This document shows, piece by piece, positions 1 through 8,443 of a DNA stretch of 42,749 nt. The position numbers were made by a program, and so were the translations under genes. The DNA is taken from positions 1 to 42,749 of IMG/VR virus record IMGVR_UViG_3300012041_000016; one strand, 5' to 3'. This stretch comes from a virus. Positions within the stretch are counted from its first letter, which is position 1. The number at the start of each line of letters is the position of its first letter. The notes below the pieces were generated by a model. That model saw only the letters and a list, made by a program, of their open reading frames with translations, ran no database searches and had not been told where the DNA came from.

Positions 1-123
1 CGGTTGCCGAGGTCGTGGCGTCCTGCTTGAGGTTGCCGAACGCGGTTGCCGCGGTAGACGCCCCCGTGCCGCCGTCAGCAATGGCAAGATCAGTACCGCC
101 CGAGGTGGCAAGTTTGCCATTCA
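1..123. repeat. Terminal direct repeat identical to 42627..42749 (circular-contig overlap)
   Basis: Base-by-base comparison: the first 123 nt (cggttgccgaggtcg...agtttgccattca) recur exactly as the last 123 nt of the window. Unique length is 42626 bp. Confidence 0.95.
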
Positions 124-598
124 AGGCGGTCTGGAGATCGGTCTGGTCGCTAAGCGTGCCGCCGATCAGGCCCCAGTCGGTAGAACCCGCCCCGCCCGAC
201 GCATTGAGCGTCGTGGTCGAAATCGACAGGTTCGTCCCCATCGTAAGCCACGTCAGGATGCCGCCACTGTCATCCCAGAATAGCACCCGGTCAGCGCCTG
301 GATCAGCCAGATCGGCAATATCCTCAAGGAACGCATCAAGCGGCTGGTAGCCTGCCTGCACTTGGCCAAGGGTAACCGCGTCGGTTGAAAGGGTAGCATC
401 GCCCATATTGCTGACTTTGAAGCCGCCCATGGGGAGCGCAGCCGCCATGGCCTTGGTGCCGGCGACGGGTAAAGAGGCCGTGATTTCACTGCCGAGGTCG
501 GCAATAACCTCGTTGAAATCGCTTGAGCTTGCGGTTTGATTGGCGACAGCGGCGGTATTAGCCGGCTGTTCGTAGGTCCCGCTGCCGTTTCGGGGCAT
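1..598 (-). CDS. Tail fibre protein, N-terminal part (gene wraps the circular junction and continues at 42626..42223)
   Basis: ATG at 598 preceded by GAGGA (SD). It is absent from the ORF track because no stop occurs before the window edge. Translation MPRNGSGTYEQPANTAAVANQTASSSDFNEVIADLGSEITASLPVAGTKAMAAALPMGGFKVSNMGDATLSTDAVTLGQVQ... is a typical phage tail-fibre N-terminus. The frame joins ORF 42223..42615 across the overlap: 598+404 nt = 1002 nt = 333 aa plus stop. Confidence 0.85.
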   Translation of the reverse strand, partial: MPRNGSGTYEQPANTAAVANQTASSSDFNEVIADLGSEITASLPVAGTKAMAAALPMGGFKVSNMGDATLSTDAVTLGQVQAGYQPLDAFLEDIADLADPGADRVLFWDDSGGILTWLTMGTNLSISTTTLNASGGAGSTDWGLIGGTLSDQTDLQTALNGKLATSGGTDLAIADGGTGASTAATAFGNLKQDATTSAT

Positions 599-600
599 GG

Positions 601-630
601 TTGCTTTCCTCTTCCGTATCGTGGCATATT
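601..630 (+). promoter_or_regulatory. Putative sigma70-like promoter for the opposite-strand HNH gene (TTGCTT-N18-CATATT)
   Basis: TTGCTT at 601-606, 18-nt spacer, CATATT at 625-630. AAGGAG SD lies 8 nt before the ATG at 668. The -10 context TGGCATATT is shared with the promoter at 21749-21777. Confidence 0.45.
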
Positions 631-667
631 GTGTTAGCGTGGTCTCAATCGAAAAGGAGACCTGCAA

Positions 668-1249
668 ATGCCGTTTAAGAACCCGCATCCGCTCTATGGC
701 GTCTGGGCTAGGATGCGAGGCCGCTGTTCCAAGCCGGGTTATCAGCAATGGAAAGACTACGGCGGTCGGGGGATTAAGGTCTGTCCTGAGTGGGAGACTT
801 CATTCGCTCAATTTGTTGCGGACATGGGGCCTCGCCCCGAGGGCTACTCTATTGACCGCATAGACAATGACGGCGATTACACCCCCGCCAATTGTCGCTG
901 GGCTACGCGAAAGACCCAGCAACGAAACAGGCGCGGCGCTATCTACCTAACTATCGAAGGAACCTCTTATTTACTGGCAGAACTCGTGGAGCGTTCGGGG
1001 CACAAGCCGGATACGATCACCAAACGTGCTAAGTTAGGGCTTACTCTCGCTGAAGTTCTGGACCGCAAGAAACGGGTATTTACTGCGGGTCTAGCGTTAG
1101 GCGGGCGGGCCTCAGGGGCAAAGAAACAGGCTCTAAGAAAGTGCAAGAACGGCCATTTCTTTACCGAAGAAAACACCCTCATAACCAAGGAAGGATGGCG
1201 AAACTGTCGCCGTTGCCATGCAGATAGACAAAACCGCCGCCACTCGTAA
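668..1249 (+). CDS. HNH homing endonuclease (free-standing, opposite strand to the late operon)
   Basis: 193 aa. 'YSIDRIDNDGDYTPANCRWATRKTQQRN' is an HNH_3-type motif. C-terminal 'CKNGHFFTEENT...RNCRRCH' is a zinc-ribbon-like module. Strong SD. It lies between an ejection-protein gene and the tail-fibre gene. Confidence 0.85.
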   Translation: MPFKNPHPLYGVWARMRGRCSKPGYQQWKDYGGRGIKVCPEWETSFAQFVADMGPRPEGYSIDRIDNDGDYTPANCRWATRKTQQRNRRGAIYLTIEGTSYLLAELVERSGHKPDTITKRAKLGLTLAEVLDRKKRVFTAGLALGGRASGAKKQALRKCKNGHFFTEENTLITKEGWRNCRRCHADRQNRRHS

Positions 1250-1275
1250 CTCTCATCCTTCCAATCGGGAGGGAA

Positions 1276-1581
1276 ATGCGGTATGGGGCGGGGATGCGGT
1301 TGCTTCAGATCGCCATCGTGTTCATGGTCATTGCCTCGAACATTCGATGGCATTGGACGCCCAATCCGCTACTGGCTGGGCTGGTGGGGATTGGCGCGGC
1401 GTTCGTATTTACGGTGACGCCGGTCGCAATCTTTCACAAACTCAATCGTGCAAAGGCGCCAAAGAGCCTTGGCCGGAAATTAACGCCCGGATCAGAGACT
1501 GGCGCCGGCGGTCGGCTACCGTATGGCGAGCCGCCTGCTGCCCTTCCCGACCGACGAGCGCAGTTGCTAAGGCGCGATTAA
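1276..1581 (+). CDS. Possible small membrane protein downstream of the HNH gene (uncertain)
   Basis: GGGAGGG precedes the ATG. Two hydrophobic segments (LLQIAIVFMVIASNI, LLAGLVGIGAAFVFTVTPVAIF). The last about 140 nt overlap the convergent 1442..3016 CDS, so the true extent or reality is doubtful. Confidence 0.3.
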   Translation: MRYGAGMRLLQIAIVFMVIASNIRWHWTPNPLLAGLVGIGAAFVFTVTPVAIFHKLNRAKAPKSLGRKLTPGSETGAGGRLPYGEPPAALPDRRAQLLRRD

Positions 1582-3016
1582 CATTTTGCCTCGTTTTTGC
1601 CCTGGAGGCGTATTTTGCAGCGGTGCCGCCGGCAACGAGTGCCGCGCCTAACACGGGCTCACCGCCCGCATAAGATGCCCCGCCCGCTACGGTCGGGAAG
1701 AACATCGACGGGCTACCAAGTCTTGAGAAATCAAGGCCAAACCGGCCTAGACGTTCCAGCCCCCTGCCGCCGTGGGCCACTTCCATAAAGGCTTCGCGCT
1801 CCTCGGCAGAGAGGCCGCGCGCCTTATTAGAACGCAGATAATTAGAAAACTGGTTGCGCAGCCCGCTTTGCTCGCCTGATTGATAAGTTTCCGCCCTTGC
1901 CTGCATGTCCTCGATCTGGCGAGCGAGAATGTTGCGGCGGGCCATTTCGCGAGCTTGCCTGACCATTTGCGGAACATGCGCCGGGTCGATAAGCCCGTTA
2001 GTGTGGGTAATGCCGTTCGTGCCGAAATCATCAAGCGCGTCGATTATCCTCTCGGCTGCCTCTCTATCAGTAGGCGATGCCGCTTGGTTCCGAAAAATGG
2101 CAGATGTCGTCTTACGGATTGAGTCCAAGTCGTTGAAGTCAAGCGTCCCCGCCTGGATTTGCTCGCCTATGGCGTCAAGTGCATCGGCTGAAAGTGGCGC
2201 CTGCGCCCTGCGGAAACCATCCCGAGTCAAATTCTGCATAAGGCCAACGGCCATCTGCTGAAATCCCTGCTGGTCATAGCCGATCCCGGAATTTCGTAAA
2301 TCGTCATACATTGCGTTTGTGGTGTTGCGGACCTGTTCATGCGAAGGTGCATGGCGCGCCGCTTCCCTGCCAACGGTGCCCCCTCGGCCCGCCGCCACCA
2401 TACCGCCCGTCAGTGCAGCGCCAATCTTGGCATATGGTTGGGCTGCCGTTCCTTCGGTTAATTCGCCAGCCGCGAAATGTGCGAGCCCAGGGGCGAGGAC
2501 TTGCGCGGCCTTGCGCACCGGCCCGCCGGGGGCCACGGCGCCTAGCGCCATGCTGGTTACAGACTCAGTGCCCCGCCCTGCCGGCGTGAGCGCCCTCTGG
2601 TCTGGGCCGATAACACCCTTTAGTACTTCATTTATCTCGCCTGACGTGCGCGGACCTATTTGTGGCACGAAGGCGCCAAGGGGGTTGAGGACATTGCTCG
2701 TTATCTGCTTGCCGGTAGACGCAAGATATTCCGAAGTCTCAGGAGATGCGCCCATCCAACCCGCGACTTTACCAACCCCCTGCCCCGCTAATTCCGCCAT
2801 ATCGCCGGGGAGCCCCAACGTGGAGGTCACGACATTCTTGGCCGTCCACGCCGCCGAATTAAGCATGTCTTTCGCCGTGGCACCGCCGGAGAACTCGCCA
2901 ATATCTGACTTGGCCCCAGCATTGACGGGAGAAGGTTCATCAGGGGGCGCGACAAGGCGGAACCGCTTCTGTGGAGCGGTCTGGCCTTCGGGCGGTGTTA
3001 CGAGTTTGAATGCCAT
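1442..3016 (-). CDS. Structural-module protein, putative ejection/internal virion protein (P22 gp16 position)
   Basis: 524-aa ORF, last of three consecutive ORFs following the needle-like gene. Gly/Ala-rich N-terminal half. Function assigned by synteny only. Confidence 0.55.
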   Translation of the reverse strand: MAFKLVTPPEGQTAPQKRFRLVAPPDEPSPVNAGAKSDIGEFSGGATAKDMLNSAAWTAKNVVTSTLGLPGDMAELAGQGVGKVAGWMGASPETSEYLASTGKQITSNVLNPLGAFVPQIGPRTSGEINEVLKGVIGPDQRALTPAGRGTESVTSMALGAVAPGGPVRKAAQVLAPGLAHFAAGELTEGTAAQPYAKIGAALTGGMVAAGRGGTVGREAARHAPSHEQVRNTTNAMYDDLRNSGIGYDQQGFQQMAVGLMQNLTRDGFRRAQAPLSADALDAIGEQIQAGTLDFNDLDSIRKTTSAIFRNQAASPTDREAAERIIDALDDFGTNGITHTNGLIDPAHVPQMVRQAREMARRNILARQIEDMQARAETYQSGEQSGLRNQFSNYLRSNKARGLSAEEREAFMEVAHGGRGLERLGRFGLDFSRLGSPSMFFPTVAGGASYAGGEPVLGAALVAGGTAAKYASRAKTRQNVNRALATALVGREGQQAARHTVADRRRQSLIRALISGQGSLAPLHD

Positions 3017-3017
3017 C

Positions 3018-4061
3018 TCATTGCACCGGGACTAAGGTTCCGTTTTCTTTGCGGTAGAGGGCGCCCGTCTCATCTTCGACAACGGCGCCTTCGGGGATTT
3101 CGCCAACCTCCCCAAATTCTACCGCGCCGTCTTCCGGCATGGCAGCCTGATCGGCGGGCTGTCCCGCAAGAGCCGGGCCTGCCGTGCGTTTCATAGAGTC
3201 AATGGCGATCTGCCGGTTGCGGCGCTTCTGGGCAATAACGTCCGGTCCATCGCCGGGCTGCGGGAAATACTGCTTGTTAGCGTTGTCGAACTCCTCCGCA
3301 GAGATGACGGCGCCGGATTCTTTGCGCAACTGGGCATTGATGAAATCACGCCGCGCCTGGTCGAACTGCTGATAGTCAGGCGAAACGAGTTCATTGCCGA
3401 TAATAGGCACCTTGCCGCCATAGGTATTCATGCGGTCCATGCCCGCTTGTTCAAACTTTTGCAGCGTGCCCTCACTTGCACTCATCCGATCATAGAAGCC
3501 TGCCGCATTGGATTGATCGCCCGTGGGGCGAAGATTGCGCACTGGAACGGGTTTGTTAGGATCGGCAGGACCGCCTGGAATCGCCTCAAGGTTGCCGTCC
3601 ACTGTGGCGCGGAAACCGGATGGCGCGGTCTGTCGGCCGCGGGCTTCTATCTGGGCGGCGCGCCATGCCTCATCCGCATTGAAATCCTTCTCGCGCCACG
3701 CCTCCTCCGATTCCGCCCGCGAATTGCGCCAGTCCATGTCCTCTTGCCGGTATTGTGCATGTCGCCTGTTGCTCGCAAGCGGCAACAGTTCGTGATAGCC
3801 GCTCCCCATCGCCATGGCTTCGATGTCTTCGGGCGTAGCGCCGCCTTGCAGGGCCTCCTGAATCTTGGCGTAGTTCTCGCTTTCCTGATTATTCGCGTTG
3901 CGCATCATGAGCCCGCCGCCAATGCCGGTCAGGGCGCGTGCAATCCCCTCGCCCCAGCCGCCATAGGCAGGACCGCCCTCAGCGACTTGGCCAAGCAAGG
4001 CTTCCGCCATGCGGCGACGGCTTTCGATGGATGACTTGTTGAGAAGACCGCTATAGGCCAT
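3018..4061 (-). CDS. Structural-module protein, putative ejection/internal virion protein (P22 gp20 position)
   Basis: 347-aa ORF, 1 nt from the next gene. N-terminal Gly-rich hydrophobic stretch 'GIARALTGIGGGLMM'. Function assigned by synteny only. Confidence 0.55.
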   Translation of the reverse strand: MAYSGLLNKSSIESRRRMAEALLGQVAEGGPAYGGWGEGIARALTGIGGGLMMRNANNQESENYAKIQEALQGGATPEDIEAMAMGSGYHELLPLASNRRHAQYRQEDMDWRNSRAESEEAWREKDFNADEAWRAAQIEARGRQTAPSGFRATVDGNLEAIPGGPADPNKPVPVRNLRPTGDQSNAAGFYDRMSASEGTLQKFEQAGMDRMNTYGGKVPIIGNELVSPDYQQFDQARRDFINAQLRKESGAVISAEEFDNANKQYFPQPGDGPDVIAQKRRNRQIAIDSMKRTAGPALAGQPADQAAMPEDGAVEFGEVGEIPEGAVVEDETGALYRKENGTLVPVQ

Positions 4062-4073
4062 GGGCTTTGTCCT

Positions 4074-4550
4074 CTACGCCCAGCCGCCGGGAGCGTTGCT
4101 GTTACCGCCGGGGTTCTGGCCCTGTCCGCCTGCCATCTGCGAGCCCATACCGCCGCCTTGGCCCCACTTCTTATTGCCCTGAATCCAGTTGCCGCTTTGA
4201 AGCTGCTGCAAGAATGCGAGCGGGTTGAACTGGGTTGGTCCCGGTATCGGTTGTTGAATTGGGGCGGGCGCGGCTGCTGGTGTGGGCGCCGGGGGCGTAG
4301 CCATTGCCGGAGCGGGTTGTGCAGCGGGCGCGGGCATTGGTGCGGGCGCGGGTTGGGACACTGCGGCCTGTTCTTGCATGGCGGGCCGCCACGCCTCCGG
4401 ACGGGTGCCAAACATGTTCGACAGCGGCGAGCGTGGCCCATGCCCACGAACCATTGTCTCGTGACGGCCCCCCATTGAGCCAGGCCCCTGGCCCCTGCGT
4501 AGGTCCTGGGTCAGCGCGCCGGCAATGCGGCTATATTGTCCGTTCATCAT
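4074..4550 (-). CDS. Low-complexity Pro/Ala/Gly-rich structural-module protein (P22 gp7 position)
   Basis: 158-aa ORF tightly packed between neighbours. 'PAPAPMPAPAAQPAPAMATPPAPTPAAAPAP' and a Gly/Gln-rich C-terminus. Confidence 0.5.
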   Translation of the reverse strand: MMNGQYSRIAGALTQDLRRGQGPGSMGGRHETMVRGHGPRSPLSNMFGTRPEAWRPAMQEQAAVSQPAPAPMPAPAAQPAPAMATPPAPTPAAAPAPIQQPIPGPTQFNPLAFLQQLQSGNWIQGNKKWGQGGGMGSQMAGGQGQNPGGNSNAPGGWA

Positions 4551-4551
4551 A

Positions 4552-6174
4552 TCAAGCTACCTCTCTAGCGAGCCTGCCATAGTCAACCGCCATCAGGCCG
4601 CGACGATTGCGGCTGACAGCCTTGGGATGCTTGTCCTGAATTTCCTGCGCCATGACGCCAATTTGCATCAGGGGCGATCCCTTATAGCGATAGGCATGGA
4701 CAGGGGTTCCGTCATCGAGCTTGCCGACGCGCTTGGCATCGGTTTTCACGCGCCGGTCGGACATGATTGCCGCACCGCCTATCGTGCCAGCCGCCGAGCC
4801 TATGCCGCCAATAAGGGCATTCTGTCTCTGTTGATCGAGCGCCTGCTGGTTCTGCATGATGCCCGCCGCATCGACCGGCGCAACATTCACCTGCGGTGTG
4901 TTCACGGTGCCAATCGGGGCAACCTGCCCCATCGTGGTCGCGGCTTGCGCTTCCTGGATAGCCTGCTGGCGTGTCGCAAGCTGTTCCTGCACCTGGCGCG
5001 CCCGATCCTGGGCCGCCGCATCGTTGTTCTGCTGTGCCTGCTGGAGGGCTGCCGCGTTCTCCTGCTGCTGACGCTGGAGATCCAATTGCGCCTGCTGGAG
5101 CTGGGCTTGGTTCATCTGCGAAACTTGCGAATTGGCCGCATTTGCCTGCGCTAGTTTCGCTTCGTTCGCCAACTGCGCCTGCTGGTTGGTTGCCGCCGTC
5201 TGCGCCAGCTTGGCCTCGTTCGACATTTGCAACTGCTGATTTTTCGCAGCCGATTCCGTCTGCTTGGCTTGGTTCACAAGCTGAAGCTGCTCGTTGCTGA
5301 GCCGGGCTTCCGCTTCCTTGCCCTGGTTGATGAGCTGTAACTGTTCGTTGGTGATGCCAGCCTGCAAGAGCTTGGCTTGGTTCTGCTGCGAAAGCTGGCT
5401 TGAGTTGAATTGGTTCTGCGACAGACCGGCGGCAAACTGGTCCTTGGAAATCCCCGCCGCCGTCTGCAAGCCCTGCATCATCAACTGGGTGTAGGCGTCG
5501 TTCTTTTGCTGGGCGAATTGTGTCTTGGCGCGGTTATAAGCCTCCATGCCGGGCCGAATGCCCTGATTGGCAAGCTGCTGCTCTAACGCCGCTTCTTCCT
5601 GCTGGAAGCGCGGGTCAAGCCGCTCCCGGCCAAGGTCATAAATGATGTCTTGGCCCTGCTGGGTGAAATCGGTATTGAGGCCGGAGGCGTCGAAATTGGT
5701 CCCTAGCTCGGCGCCCTGATAGCCGGTGTTCATCTGGGCGGACTTGAAGTCGGTTCCCATCGTCGGCGCCGTGTAGCCGGTTGTATTAAGCTGAGCCGCA
5801 CCGAATTTTGAGTCCAGCATGGGCGCCACATAGCCCGTGCCGAGGTTTGTCTTTCCCGCAGCCGTGGTCTGGAGGCTCACCTTCTCCGAGGTCGGCCCCG
5901 TGCCAAGGTTCATCGGGGTTGCGAGCGTGCCTTGCGCATTGGTGAGCGTGGAGCCTGCAAGCCCGGTCTTCTGGTCCTGAATAGCCTGAAGCTCGGGGGT
6001 GAGCTTTTGCTCCACCGTATACATCGGATTTCCGGCTGCCGATGTCCCGGTCTGCGTGTAGGTCGTGGTTCCGCCAGGGCCAACCTGGTTGACCATGTTC
6101 ATTTCGGCTTGCGTCGTGGCGGTCTCTTTGTTCGCCGCCGTCTGTGCCGCTATTTTCCCGAGGCCCTTGCCCAT
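4552..6174 (-). CDS. Gln-rich coiled-coil fibre (tail needle/plug position) with C-terminal peptidase S74 intramolecular-chaperone domain
   Basis: 540 aa. Long repeats of the type NEQLQLINQ/NEAKLAQ. C-terminal 69 aa 'SDRRVKTDAKRVGKLDDGTPVHAYRYKG...GVMAQEIQDKHPKAV...VDYGRL' match the SDxRxK autocleavage signature of endosialidase-type chaperone domains. Confidence 0.7.
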   Translation of the reverse strand: MGKGLGKIAAQTAANKETATTQAEMNMVNQVGPGGTTTYTQTGTSAAGNPMYTVEQKLTPELQAIQDQKTGLAGSTLTNAQGTLATPMNLGTGPTSEKVSLQTTAAGKTNLGTGYVAPMLDSKFGAAQLNTTGYTAPTMGTDFKSAQMNTGYQGAELGTNFDASGLNTDFTQQGQDIIYDLGRERLDPRFQQEEAALEQQLANQGIRPGMEAYNRAKTQFAQQKNDAYTQLMMQGLQTAAGISKDQFAAGLSQNQFNSSQLSQQNQAKLLQAGITNEQLQLINQGKEAEARLSNEQLQLVNQAKQTESAAKNQQLQMSNEAKLAQTAATNQQAQLANEAKLAQANAANSQVSQMNQAQLQQAQLDLQRQQQENAAALQQAQQNNDAAAQDRARQVQEQLATRQQAIQEAQAATTMGQVAPIGTVNTPQVNVAPVDAAGIMQNQQALDQQRQNALIGGIGSAAGTIGGAAIMSDRRVKTDAKRVGKLDDGTPVHAYRYKGSPLMQIGVMAQEIQDKHPKAVSRNRRGLMAVDYGRLAREVA

Positions 6175-6177
6175 GGC

Positions 6178-7734
6178 TTACCCTATTGGATTGCCGACGT
6201 TGTAAATGAGATTAAAGCCGATCAATCTGAACTCAAGATCGGACGTTTCCGACGTAGTAACGGTCACTGCATAATGCAGCGCGATAGCGGTCCCGATATT
6301 GGTGCCGGAACGCCATTGCTTTGAAACAGTGGTGCCGGCCCAGTTCGCCTCATCCCAGTTGGACACGTCCCAAGTAAAGCCGGATATTTCAACGCTCTCC
6401 GATTGGTTCGGGTCCGTGGTCGGGTCCACATAATCGGCGGCAATCTGTACGCCACCATTGACCGTCGCATTGGACCGGATGATCGGCTGGATAAGTTCGA
6501 TCTTCTTCTGTCGGCCCGGCGCGCCGAGCTGGGAATATGAGGTCAGGAGTTCGGCCTGGATCGCCGCGCCATTGTCGCTTGAGCCGGTCTCGGCCTCATA
6601 AACACCGTCCACACCGCCGAAATACAGACTGTCATTGAACACCGCCCAGCACAGCGCATTGATGCCGGTCCATAACCCCCATGCGTTTGACAGGAGGTTC
6701 ATGATATACTGGCGGGATTCGAGCCCTTCTTCCTCCGGCACGTTAACAATCATGATGTTGGTTTCGGGGAACGAAACCATTTGCCAGCCGTCATTACCGC
6801 CATAGGCGAAAGCAGCGTCGGCAAATTCACGCCGTATAGGCGCCGTGATGGCCGCCGCCTCTAACACCGCCTTATCGAGGCTGATCGCCTTGGATAGCGG
6901 AATGATACCCGTCTTGGTGAGTATCATCAGATCGCCGCCAACATTGAACAGGCACCGCCTGCCAATCGGACGGCCAATGTAGTAGAGCCCCTTTAGGGCC
7001 AGTGTCGAAACGGTGTCCGGGTCGGTCATCTCATAGACCGCGACTTCGCCTTCCGACGTAATGAACACGTTCAGATCGTCAATCCCCTCGCCCGAGTCAT
7101 AGGACATCGAGCCGGCAGCCATGAGCTGGCCGCCGCGCTTGAATAACGTGCCAAGCGGAAATTCCGTAGCCGAGCCCGCCACGCTGTCAACTGGCAGATA
7201 CCAGGCCGACATGCTGTCGAGTTCGATGAACCATTGCCGGGTTTTGAATGCCCAGCCGAATACAAGATCGAAGCTGTCTATTCCCGATATGACGGGCTCG
7301 GTCCACGATGTGCCGTCATAGTTCAGGACCGGGTTGTCGCCATTGCAGGCAACGAGGTAGCGCGTCCCGGCAGCGGTCGTGAAATTGAAATGCGAAAACT
7401 GTGCGTTGCCGACGTCGGAAACCTCAGCACCGCCCAATCCGCCCGCTACGGTTACGTCGTAAATCCCCGTCCCGATTGCCGCGAACAGTGCGGAATCGCC
7501 CGCCGCATTATAGGGCATCAGCGTTTCAACAAGGCTTGAGCCCGTCACATGATCGGTATAGCCGCGCCGCAATCGCACCGCGTCCGTTTCCGGCACCCAA
7601 TTGGTGAGCAGCATAGCAACGCCCGGCTGTTCGGCGGTCAGGCCCTTGTCGGAACGCAGGCCACGGATAGGCGCCGGGACAACCTGTTGTGTTGCCGTCT
7701 GGCGGGCGGGTCGCTGTAAGGCTTGGCGGTACAC
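6178..7734 (-). CDS. Putative tail hub/nozzle protein (P22 gp10 / T7 gp12 position)
   Basis: 518-aa ORF directly after the adaptor-like gene. Function assigned by size and synteny only. Confidence 0.5.
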   Translation of the reverse strand: MYRQALQRPARQTATQQVVPAPIRGLRSDKGLTAEQPGVAMLLTNWVPETDAVRLRRGYTDHVTGSSLVETLMPYNAAGDSALFAAIGTGIYDVTVAGGLGGAEVSDVGNAQFSHFNFTTAAGTRYLVACNGDNPVLNYDGTSWTEPVISGIDSFDLVFGWAFKTRQWFIELDSMSAWYLPVDSVAGSATEFPLGTLFKRGGQLMAAGSMSYDSGEGIDDLNVFITSEGEVAVYEMTDPDTVSTLALKGLYYIGRPIGRRCLFNVGGDLMILTKTGIIPLSKAISLDKAVLEAAAITAPIRREFADAAFAYGGNDGWQMVSFPETNIMIVNVPEEEGLESRQYIMNLLSNAWGLWTGINALCWAVFNDSLYFGGVDGVYEAETGSSDNGAAIQAELLTSYSQLGAPGRQKKIELIQPIIRSNATVNGGVQIAADYVDPTTDPNQSESVEISGFTWDVSNWDEANWAGTTVSKQWRSGTNIGTAIALHYAVTVTTSETSDLEFRLIGFNLIYNVGNPIG

Positions 7735-7735
7735 T

Positions 7736-8443
7736 TTACGGCGTTACCGAATTAGGCGGCCAGGTGCGGCGCCGTGACGGCCAGTCGGAATCCTGCGGGC
7801 GAACGGTCGTGAGTGTCTGGAGCCCGCCCTTGTCTTTCTTGATCGAGGCTGCGAGCTTTTCATTGAAGGTGTTGAGGTCTTCGCTAAAGGCAAGGCCCTT
7901 GGCCTGCTTCCAGCGCCAGATAATGCCGTAACTTAATAGAAGCTCCGGGAACTCAAAGGTGTCGGTGTCAGCACTAAAGGTCGCTGCCGGCGTGACGCCC
8001 GCCTGCAAAATCCAGTACTTCGACACATACTCATAGCGGATCGTATCGCCATCGGACGGCGCATAGATGTTGAATACCCCGTCGATCATCCGCCAATGCT
8101 GGGGAAGTGTCGCGACCGAGGCGGTTAGCAGATAGGTCCAGTCCTGCGCGGTCGTGGGGCCGTCAATGCGCCAGTTGGTCGTGTCGTTCCACATCTCGGA
8201 ATTGTCCGACATGCGCTCGAATGCTGCCGGCGGGTAGCCGGTCTGCGCATTGGTCGCCGCACAGGTGAAGGTCGCCGCCGTGAGCAACGCTGACCAGTCG
8301 TGCTTGTCCAGCAGATCGGTCCCGGTTGCCATGAGCAGCCCGCGCAACTGCGCAACCTGCACATCCGTATTGCCAACCACTGTGGTTGGAATCGGGATGG
8401 TCAGGAGTTCGCAGGCTGTGCGGACAGTTGTGAGCAATGTCAT
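7736..8443 (-). CDS. Putative head-tail adaptor (P22 gp4 / T7 gp11 position)
   Basis: 235-aa ORF whose start overlaps the stop of the upstream gene. Position immediately upstream of the hub-like gene. Confidence 0.45.
   Translation of the reverse strand: MTLLTTVRTACELLTIPIPTTVVGNTDVQVAQLRGLLMATGTDLLDKHDWSALLTAATFTCAATNAQTGYPPAAFERMSDNSEMWNDTTNWRIDGPTTAQDWTYLLTASVATLPQHWRMIDGVFNIYAPSDGDTIRYEYVSKYWILQAGVTPAATFSADTDTFEFPELLLSYGIIWRWKQAKGLAFSEDLNTFNEKLAASIKKDKGGLQTLTTVRPQDSDWPSRRRTWPPNSVTP

Noticed and set aside
15-627. ORF-track entries 15..350 (+) and 253..627 (-)
   Set aside because: Both are out-of-frame shadows of the real tail-fibre gene (598..1, continuing across the junction). Their translations are Pro/Arg/Ser-rich nonsense, whereas the third frame gives a typical fibre N-terminus with an SD.
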